DNA of 64,000 bases from Butyrivibrio sp. (GTDB lineage: Bacteria; Bacillota; Clostridia; Lachnospirales; Lachnospiraceae). The stretch is taken from contig JAEEXE010000006.1 in the NCBI GenBank assembly GCA_016291375.1, forward strand, positions 43,588-107,587, in the 5' to 3' direction. The position numbers were made by a program, and so were the translations under genes. Of this stretch, positions 61,297 through 64,000 are shown piece after piece. How positions within the stretch are numbered: the first letter of the stretch is position 1; every line of letters begins with the position of its first letter. Below the pieces are notes generated by a model that saw only the letters and a program-made list of their open reading frames with translations, made no database searches and was not told the origin of the DNA.

Positions 61297-62133
61297 TTAT
61301 AAAAGCTGTCCCATTTCTTTAATCGACTCAAAAACAACATCAGGTTCACAATCAAATTTACCTATGTCCTCACGATGTGTTTCACCGGTAAGAACAAGTA
61401 CGCCCATAGCTCCGTTTTTTACTCCGGTAGCTACATCAGTATATATTCTGTCTCCCACAAAGGCTATTCTTTCCTTGGGTACTCCGGTTGCTGCGACCAC
61501 CATGTCCACAGTCTCTTTGAAAGGTTTACCCACAAATCTTGGTTCTTTTCCCGTAGAAAGCTCAATTGCTTTACATATTGCACCACAATCCGGAATAAAT
61601 CCGCCCTTCATCGGACAGTTAATATCAAGATGCGTTGCCAAAAAAAGTGCGCCTTCCCTTATATAAGTGCAGGCATTTGACAGTTTCTCAAAGGTAAGGG
61701 TTTTATCAAATCCAACAACTACTATGTCAGGTCTTTGATCCATTTTTGCAAGAGCATCGCTGTTTTCTAAGTTAAAGAGATTGATACCCGCAGCCTTAAA
61801 GCTGTCCTCCAAGGGTTTTGTCCCCAGCAGGTATACTGTTTTCCCGGGATGATTGGTATTAAGGTAAGAAGTCATAACATCTCCCGATGTCATGATCATA
61901 TCTCTCGTTATATTACAGTTCATCCTTGCAAGCTTTTCTATATAGAGCTCTGCGGATGTAGATGAATTATTTGTAAAAAAGATATATCTTTTACCGGCTC
62001 TTTTTACTGCCTCCAGAAAGTCCAAAGCGCCGTCCAATATATCATTTTCAAGATAAAAAGTGCCGTCCATATCAAGAACAAACAGTTCTGTCTTATCAAG
62101 TATTTCTTTTTTCTTACTAAGCTCAAACATCAT
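61297..62133 (-). CDS. HAD-IIA (NagD-like) phosphatase
   Basis: DMDGT, TNNS, GKP, GDRIYTD. Confidence 0.92.
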   Translation of the reverse strand: MMFELSKKKEILDKTELFVLDMDGTFYLENDILDGALDFLEAVKRAGKRYIFFTNNSSTSAELYIEKLARMNCNITRDMIMTSGDVMTSYLNTNHPGKTVYLLGTKPLEDSFKAAGINLFNLENSDALAKMDQRPDIVVVGFDKTLTFEKLSNACTYIREGALFLATHLDINCPMKGGFIPDCGAICKAIELSTGKEPRFVGKPFKETVDMVVAATGVPKERIAFVGDRIYTDVATGVKNGAMGVLVLTGETHREDIGKFDCEPDVVFESIKEMGQLL

Positions 62134-62145
62134 GAATCAAACCGC

Positions 62146-63354
62146 CTAAACATTTTCATTTACGACATGCTTACCATACAAAAGAATCGTATCACCTGCC
62201 TTAATAACAAGCCCGCCCTTTGGAACCAGGGCCTTTCCGTTTCTTCTGATCATAAAAATAAAGCTCTGTCTCGATATATCCAAATCTCTGATAGCCCTTC
62301 CGTTCCACGAATGGCCTTCATTTATCACAATCTCTTTTAACTCGATCGGTTGCAGATCCTTGGTCTTTTCAGCACACATAACAACGAGATCGTTCTTCTC
62401 AAATACCGTATCCCCTTTTGGAATAATCGTATCATTACCTCGTTGAAGCGCCACGACCATAACATCTTTGGGGAGTCCTACTTCAGATATTTTCCTGTTG
62501 CACCACCTATCCAAGGCACCAAGCTTAACTCTGATAAAATGTATATTTTCTTCTTCCGTGTACTCTCCTATAGTCTTTAGTCTCTGGAACTGCTCCACAA
62601 ACCCGGCGGAAATAATACCTGTCGGTATAGCAACCATTCCAACTCCAAGAAATGCTATTACCATTGCAAGTATCTTACCCGCTATTGTTTTGGGATAAAT
62701 ATCTCCATATCCGATTGTCAAAAGAGTAGATGCCGACCACCATATACCGGAAAAGGCGTTTTGAAAAACATCCGGTTGAACTTCGTGCTCAACACTATAC
62801 ATACATAAACTTGCCGACATCATCAATATCAAAATGATAAATACAGAAGCCATAAGCTGTTGTTTCTTGCGGCTTATAACTTCGGAAATAACATTTAACT
62901 GATCGTAATAGGAATTAATCCTAAAGAGCCTTAATATCCTTGCAACTCTAAAGAGCTTAAATACCGAAGTTCCCATCGGAAAGAAAATCGGAAGATAGTA
63001 AGGCAGGAACGATAACAGATCAATAATACCTGTAAAAGAGAAAATATACTTAAACAAAGCGGTTTTCTCAGTTTCTTTTGGATATAATTCTGCCGCAGTA
63101 AACATGCGAAGGATATAGTCTACCGCAAAGAAAAATACCGTAACCGCTTCAATTGTAAGAAGGATATCCTTATAGTTATCCTCCATGTAATCAAAAGTAA
63201 TGGCGAAAGCACAGAAAAGATTTAGACACAGAGCAACTATGCTGATGATGTCATATAGCTTATTGACAGGCTCATCAACAACACCAACACTGACCATATT
63301 AAAGATCTTAGCTCTTATCCTACGTCTTTTTGTGCTTTCGCCTTTATTCATCAT
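62146..63354 (-). CDS. 6-TM voltage-gated K+ channel with two C-terminal RCK_C (TrkA-C) domains
   Basis: S4 FKLFRVARILRLFR, filter TIGYGD, two RG/RNG..PKG...D.L segments. Confidence 0.88.
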   Translation of the reverse strand: MMNKGESTKRRRIRAKIFNMVSVGVVDEPVNKLYDIISIVALCLNLFCAFAITFDYMEDNYKDILLTIEAVTVFFFAVDYILRMFTAAELYPKETEKTALFKYIFSFTGIIDLLSFLPYYLPIFFPMGTSVFKLFRVARILRLFRINSYYDQLNVISEVISRKKQQLMASVFIILILMMSASLCMYSVEHEVQPDVFQNAFSGIWWSASTLLTIGYGDIYPKTIAGKILAMVIAFLGVGMVAIPTGIISAGFVEQFQRLKTIGEYTEEENIHFIRVKLGALDRWCNRKISEVGLPKDVMVVALQRGNDTIIPKGDTVFEKNDLVVMCAEKTKDLQPIELKEIVINEGHSWNGRAIRDLDISRQSFIFMIRRNGKALVPKGGLVIKAGDTILLYGKHVVNENV

Positions 63355-64000
63355 TTATCCTTTTTGCGCTTTCCAAAGCTTTCCATTACAAGATCACTTA
63401 CATCCTGAAGATAATCCAGGCTTCTCTTCTTGTTGTCGGACTTAAGTTTCTTTCTGTCAGACTTTGACACGTTCATAGTGTTGCTGTCTTCATTCTTCTT
63501 TGGACGCTTAACGTCGTTAGACTCAAGATACCAGGCTTTGGTTGATCCCTCGCCCTTGATGTTTATTCTTCCAACGTTTTCAAAGCCTTCTGATGACGCT
63601 TTTGAAGCTCTCTTTGAATTCTTCTTTTCTGAGCTTTTGTATTCCTTCTTGACTTCGCTGCGAAGATTGTCGGATTTAAGATTACGGCTTCCGGCTTCGT
63701 TTCGGGATGAACGCTTTCTCTCGCCGCGAACTCTTTCATCGCTCTTTCTGCCATCGCGTCTTCTTGAGCTTCTTCCGTCCTCAGACCTTCTACCATCCCT
63801 ATAGCTTCGTCTCTTATCTCCGGGCTTTCCGCTTCTGGACCTGGAAGAATAAGAACCTCTTGAATCTCCTCTTCTGCCATAAGCATCTTTTCTGTCTCTC
63901 TTTTCAAAGAGAACAAGATCTTCTATGTCAGCGCCCATCTTAAGCTTCATAAAGCCGGCAGCAAGCTGCTCTGCAGTATACTCACCCTCTTCGATCTTCT
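63351..64000 (-). CDS. C-terminal part of a probable DEAD-box RNA helicase; starts beyond the window
   Basis: Frame open to the window edge: KIEEGEYTAEQLAAGFMKLKMG resembles the DeaD/CshA dimerisation helix, then an R/S/K-rich tail; no helicase core motifs visible. Confidence 0.55.
   Translation of the reverse strand, partial: KIEEGEYTAEQLAAGFMKLKMGADIEDLVLFEKRDRKDAYGRRGDSRGSYSSRSRSGKPGDKRRSYRDGRRSEDGRSSRRRDGRKSDERVRGERKRSSRNEAGSRNLKSDNLRSEVKKEYKSSEKKNSKRASKASSEGFENVGRINIKGEGSTKAWYLESNDVKRPKKNEDSNTMNVSKSDRKKLKSDNKKRSLDYLQDVSDLVMESFGKRKKDK

Overview
Mostly core chromosome from a low-GC Firmicute. Gene content and style suggest Lachnospiraceae, probably Butyrivibrio-like (inference). Nearly all genes are on the minus strand. 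The window holds housekeeping clusters: polA-coaE-ftsA-like-yycJ-ACT-PFL-like; ppaC; a heterodimeric ABC exporter; recA-recX with rny nearby; ruvAB-zapA-U32-rodA-pbp; ftsK-fhs-folD-nfnAB; proB; gpmI-secG-rnr-smpB-ssrA. It also has tRNA-Leu(CAA), a tmRNA (tag ANTELAAA), LexA boxes at recA and a GntR operator. I saw no transposase, integrase, phage genes or CRISPR array. The most unusual observations are: (1) a Pol I whose 5'-3' nuclease domain is a short, catalytically eroded remnant, in the same gene run as a YycJ-type nuclease and an actin-like ATPase with tandem ubiquitin-like repeats; (2) no enolase at its usual gpmI-secG position; (3) several candidate structured non-coding RNAs or leaders; (4) two differently degenerate HD-GYP paralogs; (5) a voltage-gated K+ channel with tandem RCK_C domains. 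All family calls come from motif recognition by eye, not from database searches.
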